DNA from: Candidatus Magasanikbacteria bacterium RIFOXYC2_FULL_40_16
GTDB taxonomy: Bacteria; Patescibacteriota; Patescibacteriia; Magasanikbacterales; UBA922
Reading direction: 5' to 3'
NCBI GenBank assembly: GCA_001783185.1
Contig: MFQY01000042.1
Coordinates: forward strand, 553 to 41,473
Length of the DNA: 40,921 nucleotides
The notes beneath the pieces were generated by a model. That model did no database searches. It worked only from the letters and a program-made list of their open reading frames with translations, and had not been told where the DNA came from. Position numbers and translations under genes: made by a program. Every line of letters begins with the position of its first letter. Positions within the stretch are counted from its first letter, which is position 1. Positions 8,292 to 17,780 of this stretch are shown piece after piece.

Positions 8292-9056
8292 ATGAAATTT
8301 ATTCTTGGTACAAAAATTGGAATGACGCAATTGTTTCGAAAAGATGGAACAGTAGTTCCGGTTACTCGCGTTAACGCGGGTCCTTGCGTTGTTGCCCAAG
8401 TTAAAACAGACAAGAAGGATAATGTTAATTCTATTCAGGTTGGTTTTTTTGAACAAAAGAAATTTCGTCTAAATAAAGCGGAACAGGGTCATTTAAAAGA
8501 TTTACCAAGCGTAAGAATACTTAGAGAATTTAGAAGCGAAAATGAAGTCGGTCTTAAAAGAGGTGATAAATTTACCGTGGAAACCTTTGCGCCGGGTGAA
8601 AAAGTAAAGGTAACAGGCTGGTCAAAAGGAAAAGGTTTTCAAGGTGTAGTTAAAAGACATCATTTCCGAGGCGGTCCCGCTTCTCATGGTCATAAAGATA
8701 ATTTGCGTATGCCGGGAAGTATTGGAGCCGGCGGAGTGCAAAGAGTATTTAAAGGAATGCGCATGGCTGGTCATATGGGCGATGCTCAAGTTTCTATAAA
8801 TAATTTGGAAATAATTGAGGTTTTTCCGGAAGAGAATATTCTCGCGATTAAAGGCGCTGTACCGGGAGCTAAAGGAAGTTTGTTATTGATTTCTACTCCT
8901 GAAGGGGATATTAAAGTAGAAGTTGAAAAATCGAAAAAAGAAGTTGAGCCCACAGGTGAGGGAACACTCATCCCGATTTCACATCGGGACGAAATCCCGA
9001 CCGATGCCGAGAAAGTAAAAGAAGAAGCGCCGGTTGGGGCTGAAGAAAAAAAATAA
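8292..9056 (+). CDS. rplC: 50S ribosomal protein L3 with acidic C-terminal extension
   Basis: GTKIGMTQ, SKGKGFQGVVKRH, GPASHG, MAGHMG, KGAVPG. Confidence 0.97.
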   Translation: MKFILGTKIGMTQLFRKDGTVVPVTRVNAGPCVVAQVKTDKKDNVNSIQVGFFEQKKFRLNKAEQGHLKDLPSVRILREFRSENEVGLKRGDKFTVETFAPGEKVKVTGWSKGKGFQGVVKRHHFRGGPASHGHKDNLRMPGSIGAGGVQRVFKGMRMAGHMGDAQVSINNLEIIEVFPEENILAIKGAVPGAKGSLLLISTPEGDIKVEVEKSKKEVEPTGEGTLIPISHRDEIPTDAEKVKEEAPVGAEEKK

Positions 9057-9084
9057 TAAATTAATGATGACAGATTTAAAAAGT

Positions 9085-9717
9085 ATGGCAAAAGCAGTGA
9101 TCTACAATATTCAAGGCAAAGAAAGTGGTTCAATTGAATTGAATGATGAGGTTTTTGGCGTTAAATCAAAAATGTCAGTGATTCATCAAGTTTATCTTGC
9201 TTTGATGGCCAATGCTCGCGAACCTTGGGCTCATACAAAAAATAAGGGCGAGATTCGCGGTGGCGGAAAAAAACCTTGGAAACAAAAAGGCACCGGTAGA
9301 GCGCGTCATGGATCTATTCGTTCACCGATTTGGCGAGGTGGCGGCGTGACATTTGGTCCTTTGAATATCAGAAATTATAAACAAAAAGTTAATAAAAAAA
9401 CAAAAAGGACTGCCGTGCGTATGTGTCTTTCCGATAAGGTTGTTGATGGTAAATTTATTGTGTTGGAAACTTTGCCTACAGACGGCAAAACAAAAGCCAT
9501 AGCGCAATTACGCGCGATATTGCCGGGTTTGAAAAAGACTACTTTGTTGGTGACGCCAAAAAATGATGAGACAATACAAAGAGCGACTAACAATATTCCT
9601 ATGTTGGATTTACAGACAGCGTCAGATATAAATGTAATTGATTTGTTACATCATCAGTATGTTATAACGACAAAAGACGGTGTAAAGGAATTAGAACAGA
9701 GATTAAACAAAGATTAA
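9085..9717 (+). CDS. rplD: 50S ribosomal protein L4
   Basis: GGGKKPWKQKGTGRARHGSIRSPIWRGGG; start at ATG 9085. Confidence 0.96.
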   Translation: MAKAVIYNIQGKESGSIELNDEVFGVKSKMSVIHQVYLALMANAREPWAHTKNKGEIRGGGKKPWKQKGTGRARHGSIRSPIWRGGGVTFGPLNIRNYKQKVNKKTKRTAVRMCLSDKVVDGKFIVLETLPTDGKTKAIAQLRAILPGLKKTTLLVTPKNDETIQRATNNIPMLDLQTASDINVIDLLHHQYVITTKDGVKELEQRLNKD

Positions 9718-9730
9718 ATAAATAAACTTT

Positions 9731-9816
9731 GCGGTAAGAGTCGCAGTAGACCAACGGGATCCTTCGCTCGGTCGCTTCACTCCCAACCGCTCAGGATGAC
9801 AAATTTATATAGTATG
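9731..9816 (+). repeat. Ribosomal-operon leader repeat, copy 1 (before rplW)
   Basis: AGACCAACGGGATCCTTCGCTCGGTCGCTTCACTCCCAACCGCTCAGGATGACAAATTTATATAGT-ATG. Confidence 0.9.
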
Positions 9817-10275
9817 GGTTTACTTGATAAGCTAAAAAAGAAAGATAAAATTGAAAAAGAAACAGATTCAAAAAAATCTGCTGATGTTAAAGTTGAAGAA
9901 AAAAAGAAAGATAAAATTGAAAAAGAAACAATCAAGAAACCGGAAGTGAAAAAGGAAGAAAAAACAGCAAGCAAAACCAATCCGTTGAGCCATATCTCAA
10001 ATAAGATATTGGTTAAACCGTTAATCAGTGAAAAAGCGGCGATTGGCGAACAGGAAGGGCTTTATGTTTTTGTCGTTAGCAAAGACGCTAATAAATATCA
10101 AATAAAAGAAGCGGTAAAGGAAGTTTATGGAGAGACGCCGGAGAAAATCAGAGTGGTAAATGTTGAAGGCAAGAGAACTTATGGTGGAAAAAGAGAGGGT
10201 AAAAGACAGGACTGGAAAAAAGCATTTGTGAAAATGCCAAAAGGCAAAACTATTAATATTCATGAAGGTGTTTAA
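9814..10275 (+). CDS. rplW: 50S ribosomal protein L23 with long Lys/Glu-rich N-terminal extension
   Basis: KPLISEKA, YVFVV, ANKYQIKEAV, WKKAFV; lies between rplD and rplB. Confidence 0.93.
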   Translation: MGLLDKLKKKDKIEKETDSKKSADVKVEEKKKDKIEKETIKKPEVKKEEKTASKTNPLSHISNKILVKPLISEKAAIGEQEGLYVFVVSKDANKYQIKEAVKEVYGETPEKIRVVNVEGKRTYGGKREGKRQDWKKAFVKMPKGKTINIHEGV

Positions 10276-10278
10276 AAT

Positions 10279-11124
10279 ATGGGAATAAAGATATACAAAC
10301 CAACTACCCCGGGAAGACGTAAAGCAAGCGTCCAGGATTTTTCTGATATCACAAAAAAACATCCGGAGAAAAGTCTTACTGTGATCTTGAAAAAGAATTG
10401 CGGCCGTAATAATACCGGCAGAATTACTGTCAGACACCAAGGTGGCGGATCTAAAAGACTTTACAGAATAGTTGATTTTAAAAGACAAAATTTTGATGTC
10501 GCGGGAGAAGTGATTGCGATTGAATACGATCCTAATCGCGGTTCAAGAATTGCTTTAGTTTTGTTTACAGATAATACAAAATCATATATTATTGCCGCGG
10601 AAGGAATGAAAGTGGGCGATAAAGTATTATCTTCTCAAAAAAAGATTGAAGCGGTTCCGGGAAACAGAATGCCGTTAAAATATATTCCTGTAGGTTTATT
10701 TATTTATAATATTGAATTAACCCCGGGTAAAGGCGGACAAATCGTCAAAGGCGCCGGCACTGCGTCACAGTTACAAGTATTTGAAGCCGGTATGGCGCAG
10801 TTGAAGCTTCCGTCAGGAGAAATAAGAATGGTCAGCGAGGATTGCGCTGCCACTGTTGGTAGAATAAGCAATCCGGATTTCAAATTAGTTAGATTGGGTA
10901 AAGCCGGCAGAATGAGACACAAAGGAATAAGACCAACCGTAAAAGGAAAAAATATGAACCCGGTTGATCACCCGCATGGTGGTGGAGAAGGTCACAGTCC
11001 GATCGGTCTTAAAGGCGGTCCAAAGACCCCTTGGGGCAAGAAGGCTCTTGGTGTTAAGACAAGACAAAGAGGCAAATGGAGTGATAAGTTTATAGTTAAG
11101 AGAAGAAGAGGAAAAAATAATTAA
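10279..11124 (+). CDS. rplB: 50S ribosomal protein L2
   Basis: [36 protein letters not shown]. Confidence 0.99.
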   Translation: MGIKIYKPTTPGRRKASVQDFSDITKKHPEKSLTVILKKNCGRNNTGRITVRHQGGGSKRLYRIVDFKRQNFDVAGEVIAIEYDPNRGSRIALVLFTDNTKSYIIAAEGMKVGDKVLSSQKKIEAVPGNRMPLKYIPVGLFIYNIELTPGKGGQIVKGAGTASQLQVFEAGMAQLKLPSGEIRMVSEDCAATVGRISNPDFKLVRLGKAGRMRHKGIRPTVKGKNMNPVDHPHGGGEGHSPIGLKGGPKTPWGKKALGVKTRQRGKWSDKFIVKRRRGKNN

Positions 11125-11134
11125 TTAATTTTAT

Positions 11135-11455
11135 ATGTCAAGAAGTTTAAAAAAAGGCCCTTATACTGATGAAAAGTTGATGAAAAAGGTCAAAAAAGCG
11201 CTGGCTACAGGCGACAAGAAATCAATAAAAACTTGGGCGCGCGCGTCTACTATTACTCCGGAAATGGTGGGTCTTTCTTTTGCCGTGCATAACGGAAGAG
11301 ACTTTTTGAATGTTTATGTTGATGAAAATATGGTTGGACATAAACTGGGTGAGTTTTCTTTGACAAGAAAATTTGTAAAACATGGTGGTAAGATGCAGAA
11401 AGCGCAGGAAAAGGAAGAAAACGCCGCCCCTGCTGTCCCCGCTAATAATAAATAG
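11135..11455 (+). CDS. rpsS: 30S ribosomal protein S19
   Basis: [25 protein letters not shown]. Confidence 0.98.
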   Translation: MSRSLKKGPYTDEKLMKKVKKALATGDKKSIKTWARASTITPEMVGLSFAVHNGRDFLNVYVDENMVGHKLGEFSLTRKFVKHGGKMQKAQEKEENAAPAVPANNK

Positions 11456-11466
11456 ACTGATTTAAT

Positions 11467-11973
11467 ATGGATAAATTACAAACAAAAGCGACAATAAAAG
11501 GACTGAGAGTGGCTCCAAGGAAAGTCCGTCTGCTGATTGACCTTATTCGCGGTATGCAAGTTGATAGAGCTATTGAACAGCTGGAAATTTCAAAAAAAGA
11601 CGCTGCTCGCGAAGTTCTTAAATTATTGAAATCAGCGATAGCCAATGCTCGACATAATCATCAATTAAAGACAGAAACTTTGGTAATCAAAATTGCTTTT
11701 GTTGATGGTGGAGCGACTTTACACCGATGGACGCCTAGAGCTATGGGCAGAGCAACCCCGATCAGAAAAAGAACCGCTCATGTTACTTTAATTTTGGAAG
11801 GCGAGGTTGATGAAAAGGCGGTTAAGAAAGTTTCCACCAAAGGCGGATCCGCCTCTGGCGGAAAGGTTGGTAAAGAACTAGTTAAAAAAGAAAAAAAAGA
11901 AATTGAAGAAATAAAAGGAGAAAATACTGATGTTAAGACCTCGACAACCAAGAAGGCAAAAAATAAAAAATAA
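11467..11973 (+). CDS. rplV: 50S ribosomal protein L22 with charged C-terminal extension containing a palindrome insert
   Basis: APRKVRLLIDLIRG, KSAIANA, PRAMGRA. Confidence 0.96.
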   Translation: MDKLQTKATIKGLRVAPRKVRLLIDLIRGMQVDRAIEQLEISKKDAAREVLKLLKSAIANARHNHQLKTETLVIKIAFVDGGATLHRWTPRAMGRATPIRKRTAHVTLILEGEVDEKAVKKVSTKGGSASGGKVGKELVKKEKKEIEEIKGENTDVKTSTTKKAKNKK

Positions 11974-11999
11974 ATAATTAAGTAAACAGATTATAATTT

Positions 12000-12698
12000 A
12001 TGGGACATAAAGTTCATCCAAGAATTCACAGAATACAAGTTATATACACTTGGGATTCAAGATGGTTTGGAAAGAAAAAATATGCTAAGTATGCGGAACA
12101 GGATGTAAGCATCCGTGAATTTTTGATGAAAAAATTTAAAGACGCCCATATTGATTCTATCGGTGTTGAAAGAGGACCGAAGAATATGACAGTTACGGTA
12201 TTTGCGGCCAAGCCGGGATTTATTATTGGTCGGGGCGGACAAGGTCTTGAAGATTTGAGAAAAGAAATTGAAAGAAAATATTTACAAATGTCTTTAAAAG
12301 TTAAATTGAATATTCAGGAAGTTCATTCACCGGCTTTGTCAGCTTCTGTGATTGCGCAGACTGTTGCCGCTGAAATTGAAAAACGCATGCCTTTCCGCAG
12401 GGTGATGAAACAATCAATTGAAAAAGTTATGAAAGCGGGCGCGCAAGGCGTGAAGATTTGTTTGTCAGGCCGTTTGAACGGAGTTGACATTGCGCGTACG
12501 GAAAAATTATCGGCCGGAAAAGTGCCGTTAATCACGCTTAGAAGCGATGTTGATTATTGTCTGTATGAGGCTAACACCACTTATGGCAAGATTGGCGTGA
12601 AAGTGTGGGTTTATCATGGAGAAATTTTTGGAAGAAAAGATAAATTTAGCAAGACGGAAGAGCCGGAAAGCAAAGAAAATAAAGAAAAAAGAAAATAA
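12000..12698 (+). CDS. rpsC: 30S ribosomal protein S3
   Basis: MGHKVHP, KPGFIIGRGG, SGRLNGVDIAR, TTYGKIGVKVW. Confidence 0.98.
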   Translation: MGHKVHPRIHRIQVIYTWDSRWFGKKKYAKYAEQDVSIREFLMKKFKDAHIDSIGVERGPKNMTVTVFAAKPGFIIGRGGQGLEDLRKEIERKYLQMSLKVKLNIQEVHSPALSASVIAQTVAAEIEKRMPFRRVMKQSIEKVMKAGAQGVKICLSGRLNGVDIARTEKLSAGKVPLITLRSDVDYCLYEANTTYGKIGVKVWVYHGEIFGRKDKFSKTEEPESKENKEKRK

Positions 12699-12707
12699 TA
12701 ATTTTAT

Positions 12708-13118
12708 ATGTTATTGCCAAAAAAAGTAAAACATAGAAAATGGCACAAGCCAAGAAGGAATAACAAAGGTGTTGCGACAAGAGCAAATACCGTGGCTTTT
12801 GGCAGTTTTGGTCTTAAATCAATGGATAACGCCTGGGTTACATCAAGACAAATTGAATCCGCGCGCCGTGTTTTAACAAGATATGTCAGACGTGGAGGTA
12901 AAATTTGGATTCGTATTTTTCCTGATAGACCGGTTACAACCAAAGGCAACGAAATGCCTATGGGAAAAGGCAAAGGTACGCCAGATCATTATGTTTGCAC
13001 TGTAAAACCGGGTACTGTTATGTTTGAAATGGCCGGAGTTTCGGATGATAAAGCAGTAGAGGCTTTAGTATTGGCAGGGCATAAATTACCTCTAAAAGCT
13101 AAAGTTGTTAAGAAATAA
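12708..13118 (+). CDS. rplP: 50S ribosomal protein L16
   Basis: MLLPKKVKHRK, QIESARR, KIWIRIFPD, MGKGKG. Confidence 0.98.
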   Translation: MLLPKKVKHRKWHKPRRNNKGVATRANTVAFGSFGLKSMDNAWVTSRQIESARRVLTRYVRRGGKIWIRIFPDRPVTTKGNEMPMGKGKGTPDHYVCTVKPGTVMFEMAGVSDDKAVEALVLAGHKLPLKAKVVKK

Positions 13119-13129
13119 ATTAATGATGT

Positions 13130-13324
13130 ATGGATATCAATGAAATCAAAAATAAATCTATAAAAGATTTAAAAGAATTATTGGAAGAAAAAAGAGGAAA
13201 ATTGCGCGATATGCGTTTTAATGTAAGTAGCGCGCAGATAAAGAATGTCAGGGATTTAAGAAAAAATAGAAAAGATATCGCTCAGATTTTGACATTAATA
13301 AATACGCAAAATAAAGAAGTTTAA
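13130..13324 (+). CDS. rpmC: 50S ribosomal protein L29
   Basis: 64 aa, RKDIAQILT, located after rplP. Confidence 0.92.
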   Translation: MDINEIKNKSIKDLKELLEEKRGKLRDMRFNVSSAQIKNVRDLRKNRKDIAQILTLINTQNKEV

Positions 13325-13340
13325 TTAAAATAATCCAATT

Positions 13341-13438
13341 GAGTGGAAAGAGCAGAAACAGACCAACGAGATCCCTCGCTCGGTCATCCCGACTTAAAGT
13401 CGGGACTCCCGACCGCTCGGGATGACAGATTTTATATG
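13341..13438 (+). repeat. Leader repeat copy 2 (before rpsQ) with nested TCCCGACTTAAAGTCGGGA hairpin
   Basis: AGACCAACGAGATCCCTCGCTCGGTC[ATCCCGACTTAAAGTCGGGA]CTCCCGACCGCTCGGGATGACAGATTTTAT-ATG. Confidence 0.9.
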
Positions 13439-13708
13439 AATACTAAAAAAAGTGAAACAACTAAAAAGGAAGTTACACGCCGACAGTTTGAAGGTGAGGT
13501 GGTTAGCGTTGTGGAAAATAAGACTATTCATGTATTGGTTAAGACAAAGAAAATGCATCCTAAATACAAGAAGCAGTATCTTACACACAAAAAATACGCT
13601 GTCCACGATGAGGCTAATACGGCAAAAGTTGGTGATGTGGTTTTGTTTCAGGAGTGCAGACCGATTAGTAAGACAAAAAAGAATAGATTAATAAAAGTAA
13701 TAAAATAA
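13436..13708 (+). CDS. rpsQ: 30S ribosomal protein S17
   Basis: [24 protein letters not shown]; start at ATG 13436. Confidence 0.96.
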   Translation: MNTKKSETTKKEVTRRQFEGEVVSVVENKTIHVLVKTKKMHPKYKKQYLTHKKYAVHDEANTAKVGDVVLFQECRPISKTKKNRLIKVIK

Positions 13709-13720
13709 TTAAGTGTATCC

Positions 13721-13830
13721 GCGCGGTAAGAGCAGAGCAAAACAACGGGATCCCTTCCCGCCATCCGGCGGGACAGGCCGTTCGGTCGCTCCGCTTCCAA
13801 CCTCTCGGGATGACAAATTTAAATGGTATG
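13721..13830 (+). repeat. Leader repeat copy 3 (before rplN) with nested TCCCGCCATCCGGCGGGA hairpin
   Basis: CAACGGGATCCCT[TCCCGCCATCCGGCGGGACAGGC]CGTTCGGTCGCTCCGCTTCCAACCTCTCGGGATGACAAATTTAAATGGT-ATG. Confidence 0.9.
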
Positions 13831-14199
13831 ATTCAACACAGATCAATGTTAAAAGTAGCGGATAATACAGGCGCGAAAAAGCTGATGTGCATTCGTGTGC
13901 TTGGTGGTTACAAAAAAAGATATGCGCAACTTGGCGACATAATTACTTGTTCTGTAAAGGAAGCCGTACCTCATGGTATGGTAAAGAAGAGTGAAATTGT
14001 TCATGCTGTTATTGTGCGTCAAAGAAAAGAGAAAAGAAGAAAAGACGGCACATATATAAGATTTGATGAAAATGCGGTTGTGATTATCAATAAGAAAGAC
14101 AAAGAACCGAAAGGGACGCGTATTTTTGGACCGGTTGCCCGCGAATTGCGCGCTAAAGGATATAAAAAGATTATTTCTCTGGCTCCGGAAGTGCTTTAA
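13828..14199 (+). CDS. rplN: 50S ribosomal protein L14
   Basis: [39 protein letters not shown]. Confidence 0.99.
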   Translation: MIQHRSMLKVADNTGAKKLMCIRVLGGYKKRYAQLGDIITCSVKEAVPHGMVKKSEIVHAVIVRQRKEKRRKDGTYIRFDENAVVIINKKDKEPKGTRIFGPVARELRAKGYKKIISLAPEVL

Positions 14200-14299
14200 A
14201 TAGGCATTAGCTGTCAGAATATATAGGGATTAGTCATTATTAAATATTATTAAAAATATAACTAAATATTCTAAACGCTAAACCCTAATTGCTAAAAAT

Positions 14300-14617
14300 A
14301 TGAAAATAAAAACAGGGGACAATGTAAAAGTATTAAGTGGAAGAGATCGCGGTAAAACCGGCAAGGTTATTCAGGTTTTGAAATCTAAGAAAAACGGTCA
14401 AAATTATGCGGTTGTTGAGGGTGTTAATTTGAGAAAGAAACATCTTAAAACACGAAAGGCCGGAGAAAAAGGGCAAACGATTGAATTATCTTTTCCGATT
14501 CATATCAGCAATGTAATGGTTATTGATTCAAATACAAAAAAGACAACCAGAGTAGGGTATAAAGTGGAAGGCAAAGAGAAGAAAAGAATTTCAAAAAAAA
14601 GCGGTGAATTTATATAA
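14300..14617 (+). CDS. rplX: 50S ribosomal protein L24
   Basis: IKTGDNVKVLSGRDRGKTG, VEGVN, PIHISNV. Confidence 0.97.
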   Translation: MKIKTGDNVKVLSGRDRGKTGKVIQVLKSKKNGQNYAVVEGVNLRKKHLKTRKAGEKGQTIELSFPIHISNVMVIDSNTKKTTRVGYKVEGKEKKRISKKSGEFI

Positions 14618-14723
14618 AAGTTTATAGCCAATAGTTCATAGCCAATAATTTGATAAAATGCGATATAAGTGAACTAAGTAAAGTAACCTATTGGCTATTG
14701 GCTCCGAACTAATAACTATTATT
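14618..14723. repeat. Spacer with inverted heptamer arms (TAGCCAA/TAGTTCA ... TTGGCTA/GAACTA)
   Basis: Same family at 16008-16116, 21468-21500, 27613-27696, 40011-40047. Confidence 0.8.
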
Positions 14724-15269
14724 ATGAAATCAGTATTATACCAACAATATAAGAAAGAAATTGTGCCGGCTCTTAAAAAAGAGTTTGGATACAAAAATGT
14801 AATGCAAGTGCCTAAATTGGAAAAGGTGGTTATTAATGTTGGTTATGGAAAACACGCAAAAGAAAAAAATTATGTTGAACACGTGGAAAAAGTTTTGTCG
14901 GCGATTTCCGGACAGAAGCCGATTCATAATAAATCAAAAAAATCCATTTCAAATTTTAAAATCAGGGAAGGGATGAGTATTGGCGCGTCGGTTACTATGC
15001 GTGGTAATAAAATGTATGATTTTGTTTACAAATTGGTAAATGTAACTTTCCCGCGTATCCGCGATTTTCGCGGTATAAATCCGAAAGCTTTTGATCATCA
15101 AGGTAACTATACCGTAGGAATAAAAGAACAGTTAGCCTTTCCGGAAATTACATCAAGCATGGTTGATATAATTCACGGATTGGAAATCACCTTTGTAATT
15201 AAAGGCGGAAATAAAGAGCAAAATTTTTCATTATTAAGCAAGATGGGTTTCCCATTTAGGAATAAATAA
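14724..15269 (+). CDS. rplE: 50S ribosomal protein L5
   Basis: VPKLEKVVINVG, SGQKP, FKIREG, PRIRDFRG; start at ATG 14724. Confidence 0.97.
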   Translation: MKSVLYQQYKKEIVPALKKEFGYKNVMQVPKLEKVVINVGYGKHAKEKNYVEHVEKVLSAISGQKPIHNKSKKSISNFKIREGMSIGASVTMRGNKMYDFVYKLVNVTFPRIRDFRGINPKAFDHQGNYTVGIKEQLAFPEITSSMVDIIHGLEITFVIKGGNKEQNFSLLSKMGFPFRNK

Positions 15270-15287
15270 ATAATTAATAAAATAATC

Positions 15288-15375
15288 GAGCAATAAGAGC
15301 AGAATTAGACCAACGAGATCCCTCGCTCGGTCGCTCCGCTCCCAACCGCTCGGGATGACAGATTTTAAATGTATG
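15288..15375 (+). repeat. Leader repeat copy 4 (before rpsN), closest to consensus
   Basis: AGACCAACGAGATCCCTCGCTCGGTCGCTCCGCTCCCAACCGCTCGGGATGACAGATTTTAAATGT-ATG. Confidence 0.9.
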
Positions 15376-15558
15376 GCAACTCAAGGACAAATAGCAAAAT
15401 CAAAAAGAAAACCGAAATTTAGCACTAGAATTGTTAGACGTTGTTGGAAATGCGGAAGAAAAAGAGGCTATATTAGGCACTTTAATTTATGCAGAATTTG
15501 TTTTAGAGAACTGGCTAACGAAGGCAAGTTGCCCGGGGTAAGGAAGTCAAGCTGGTAA
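15373..15558 (+). CDS. rpsN: 30S ribosomal protein S14, Zn-binding type Z
   Basis: RCWKCGR...[10 protein letters not shown]...PGVRKSSW, 61 aa. Confidence 0.97.
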   Translation: MATQGQIAKSKRKPKFSTRIVRRCWKCGRKRGYIRHFNLCRICFRELANEGKLPGVRKSSW

Positions 15559-15562
15559 TAAC

Positions 15563-15600
15563 CATTAAAACATAAAAACATTAAAACATAAAAACATTTA
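15563..15600. repeat. Octamer array CATTAAAA/CATAAAAA
   Basis: Same array near 22765-22800 and 24191-24213; reverse complement at 5426-5464. Confidence 0.75.
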
Positions 15601-15612
15601 GAAAATTATATT

Positions 15613-16002
15613 ATGATGACAGATCCAATCGCAGACATGTTAACACGCATAAGAAACGCGCAAGCAGTTGGCAAAAAAACTGTTGATTTAGCTTTTTCCA
15701 AATTGAAAATGAGCATCAGCAAGATTTTGGTTGAGGAAGGCTATATTAATAAAGCGGAAAAAGTTGACAGCAATCCGCCGGTTTTGAGATTGGAACTGAA
15801 ATATATCGGTAAAAATCCGGCTATACAGTCTATTAAGCGCGACAGCACGCCTGGACACAGAAAATATTGTAAATCAGATGAATTACCTAAAGTTTTGAAT
15901 GATTATGGTATCGCTATTCTCTCCACTTCAAAAGGGCTGATGACAAATAAACAGGCTAGAAAAGAGTCGGTTGGAGGAGAATTAATCTGTTCAGTATATT
16001 AA
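15613..16002 (+). CDS. rpsH: 30S ribosomal protein S8
   Basis: MTDPIADMLTRIRNA, EEGYI, ILSTSKG, GGELIC. Confidence 0.98.
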   Translation: MMTDPIADMLTRIRNAQAVGKKTVDLAFSKLKMSISKILVEEGYINKAEKVDSNPPVLRLELKYIGKNPAIQSIKRDSTPGHRKYCKSDELPKVLNDYGIAILSTSKGLMTNKQARKESVGGELICSVY

Positions 16003-16116
16003 TTAACAAGTTTATAGCCAATAGTTCATAGCCAGTAGATTTAAGAGAAAAAGGCGAAAGAACTAAATAAATTAACAAACTGTTGGCTCAGAACTATGAA
16101 CTAAGAACTATTATAT

Positions 16117-16665
16117 ATGTCACGTATAGGCAAACAAATTATAGCAATTCCAAGCGGGGTAGAGGTCTCTGTAAAAGAAGGCAAAGTTTTTGTTAAAGGA
16201 CCAAAAGGCCAATTGGAGCGTGAACTGCACAAATTGGTTACTGTTAATATCACTGATAATAAAGTTACGGTTGATGTTGTAAATAAAGAATCAAAATTAG
16301 AAAGATCCCTTTGGGGCACATTTGCCGCTCATATAAAAAATATGGTGCTGGGTGTAACTAAAGGATTTAAGAAACAACTGGAAATAAACGGCGTAGGTTA
16401 TAAAGCTGCCATGCAGGGCAAAGATTTGAAGCTTGATGTTGGTTATTCCAATCCGGTAATTTATAAGATTCCGGAGAAAGTAACCGCTTCCGTGGAGAAA
16501 AATATGATTAGTTTGGAGAGCGCGGATAAAGAATTGTTGGGCAAAGTCGCCTCAGAAATAAGAGTTATTCGAAAACCTGAACCTTATAAAGGCAAGGGAA
16601 TTAAGTATGTTGAAGAAACCATCAGACGTAAAGCCGGCAAATCAGCTGCTAAAGCGGCCGCATAA
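16117..16665 (+). CDS. rplF: 50S ribosomal protein L6
   Basis: MSRIGKQ, VKGPKG, GVGYKA, RKPEPYKGKGI. Confidence 0.98.
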   Translation: MSRIGKQIIAIPSGVEVSVKEGKVFVKGPKGQLERELHKLVTVNITDNKVTVDVVNKESKLERSLWGTFAAHIKNMVLGVTKGFKKQLEINGVGYKAAMQGKDLKLDVGYSNPVIYKIPEKVTASVEKNMISLESADKELLGKVASEIRVIRKPEPYKGKGIKYVEETIRRKAGKSAAKAAA

Positions 16666-16679
16666 ATTAATATTATTTT

Positions 16680-17048
16680 ATGAGAAATATAAAAACAATC
16701 AAAAAAAGCAGACGACACGCCAGGATAAGGGCGATGCTTTCCGGTACAGCCGAAAGGCCGAGATTACATGTATCCAAAACTTTAACCGGGCTTTATTTGC
16801 AATTGATTGATGATAATGCCGGTAAAACTCTTGCGAGCGTAAACAGTAAAAAAGATTTGCCGAAAAAAGGAGATGCCGGTGAGAGAAAAGCTAAAGTGGC
16901 GCAAAGTTATTTGCTGGGCAAAGTTTTAGCTGAAAAAGCATTGGCTGCGGGAATTAAAGCGGCAGTATTTGACAGAGGAGGAAACCGATATCATGGAAGA
17001 GTAAAAGCGGTAGCGGAAGGCGCGAGAGATGGAGGACTTGAATTTTAA
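16680..17048 (+). CDS. rplR: 50S ribosomal protein L18
   Basis: GTAERPRL, FDRGGNRYHGRVKAVAEGAR. Confidence 0.98.
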   Translation: MRNIKTIKKSRRHARIRAMLSGTAERPRLHVSKTLTGLYLQLIDDNAGKTLASVNSKKDLPKKGDAGERKAKVAQSYLLGKVLAEKALAAGIKAAVFDRGGNRYHGRVKAVAEGARDGGLEF

Positions 17049-17088
17049 TAATTAAACATAATCCGAATCGGATTATAATATTTGAAGT

Positions 17089-17670
17089 ATGGAAAAGAGA
17101 AAAGGTAAAGGCAGAGGAAAATTCAAAAAAGAAAAACCGGAGTTTGATCAGCAGATTGTTGATTTAGCCCGTGTTACTCGTGTCACAAAAGGTGGAAAGC
17201 AACTTAGCTTTCGCGCTTGTGTTGTGATAGGCAACCGAAAAGGCAGAGTTGGTTATGGTGTTAAGAAAGGAAAAGATGTTCAGATTGCGGTGGATAAAGC
17301 GGTTAATCAGGCAAAGAAATATATGATTACTGTGCCGATTAACAGAGGTACCATACCGCACAGAGTGGAAGCTAAATACGGCGCAGGCAGAGTTTTGATT
17401 AAACCGGCCCCGCTTGGTTCCGGTATTATTGCCGGCAGTTCCGTCAGAATCGTTTTGGAACTTGCGGGCGTACCAAATGCTTCAGCTAAGATTATGAGTA
17501 AAACAAATAATAAAATTACCAATGTAAAGGCTGTGTTTGAAGCATTGCAGAAGTTTAAACCATTGAGATTTAAAAAGTTTATTAAGAAGGATGAAGTCAA
17601 AACCGAGGAAAAAACGGAAGTTAAAAAACCGTTCACAAAGAAAAAAGAAAATAAAATAGATAATAAATAA
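17089..17670 (+). CDS. rpsE: 30S ribosomal protein S5
   Basis: RVTRVTKGGK, GRVGYG, KPAPLGSGIIAG. Confidence 0.98.
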   Translation: MEKRKGKGRGKFKKEKPEFDQQIVDLARVTRVTKGGKQLSFRACVVIGNRKGRVGYGVKKGKDVQIAVDKAVNQAKKYMITVPINRGTIPHRVEAKYGAGRVLIKPAPLGSGIIAGSSVRIVLELAGVPNASAKIMSKTNNKITNVKAVFEALQKFKPLRFKKFIKKDEVKTEEKTEVKKPFTKKKENKIDNK

Positions 17671-17680
17671 TAAATTAACC

Positions 17681-17780
17681 TGGTGGCAAGGGTAGCGATA
17701 GACCAACAAGATCCTTCGCTCGGTCGTCCCGACTAAGTCGGGACTCCCAACCGCTCAGGATGACAGATTATAAAGTTATG
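17681..17780 (+). repeat. Leader repeat copy 5 (before rplO, at the usual rpmD position) with nested GTCCCGACTAAGTCGGGAC hairpin
   Basis: AGACCAACAAGATCCTTCGCTCGGTC[GTCCCGACTAAGTCGGGA]CTCCCAACCGCTCAGGATGACAGATTATAAAGTT-ATG. Confidence 0.9.

Noticed and set aside
13343-13435. 31-aa N-terminal extension of S17
   Set aside because: Read-through of leader repeat copy 2 from a GTG; S17-like sequence starts after 13436
15613-15624. ATGATGACAGAT at the rpsH start as another leader-repeat remnant
   Set aside because: It encodes the conserved S8 start MTDPIADML and lacks the rest of the repeat
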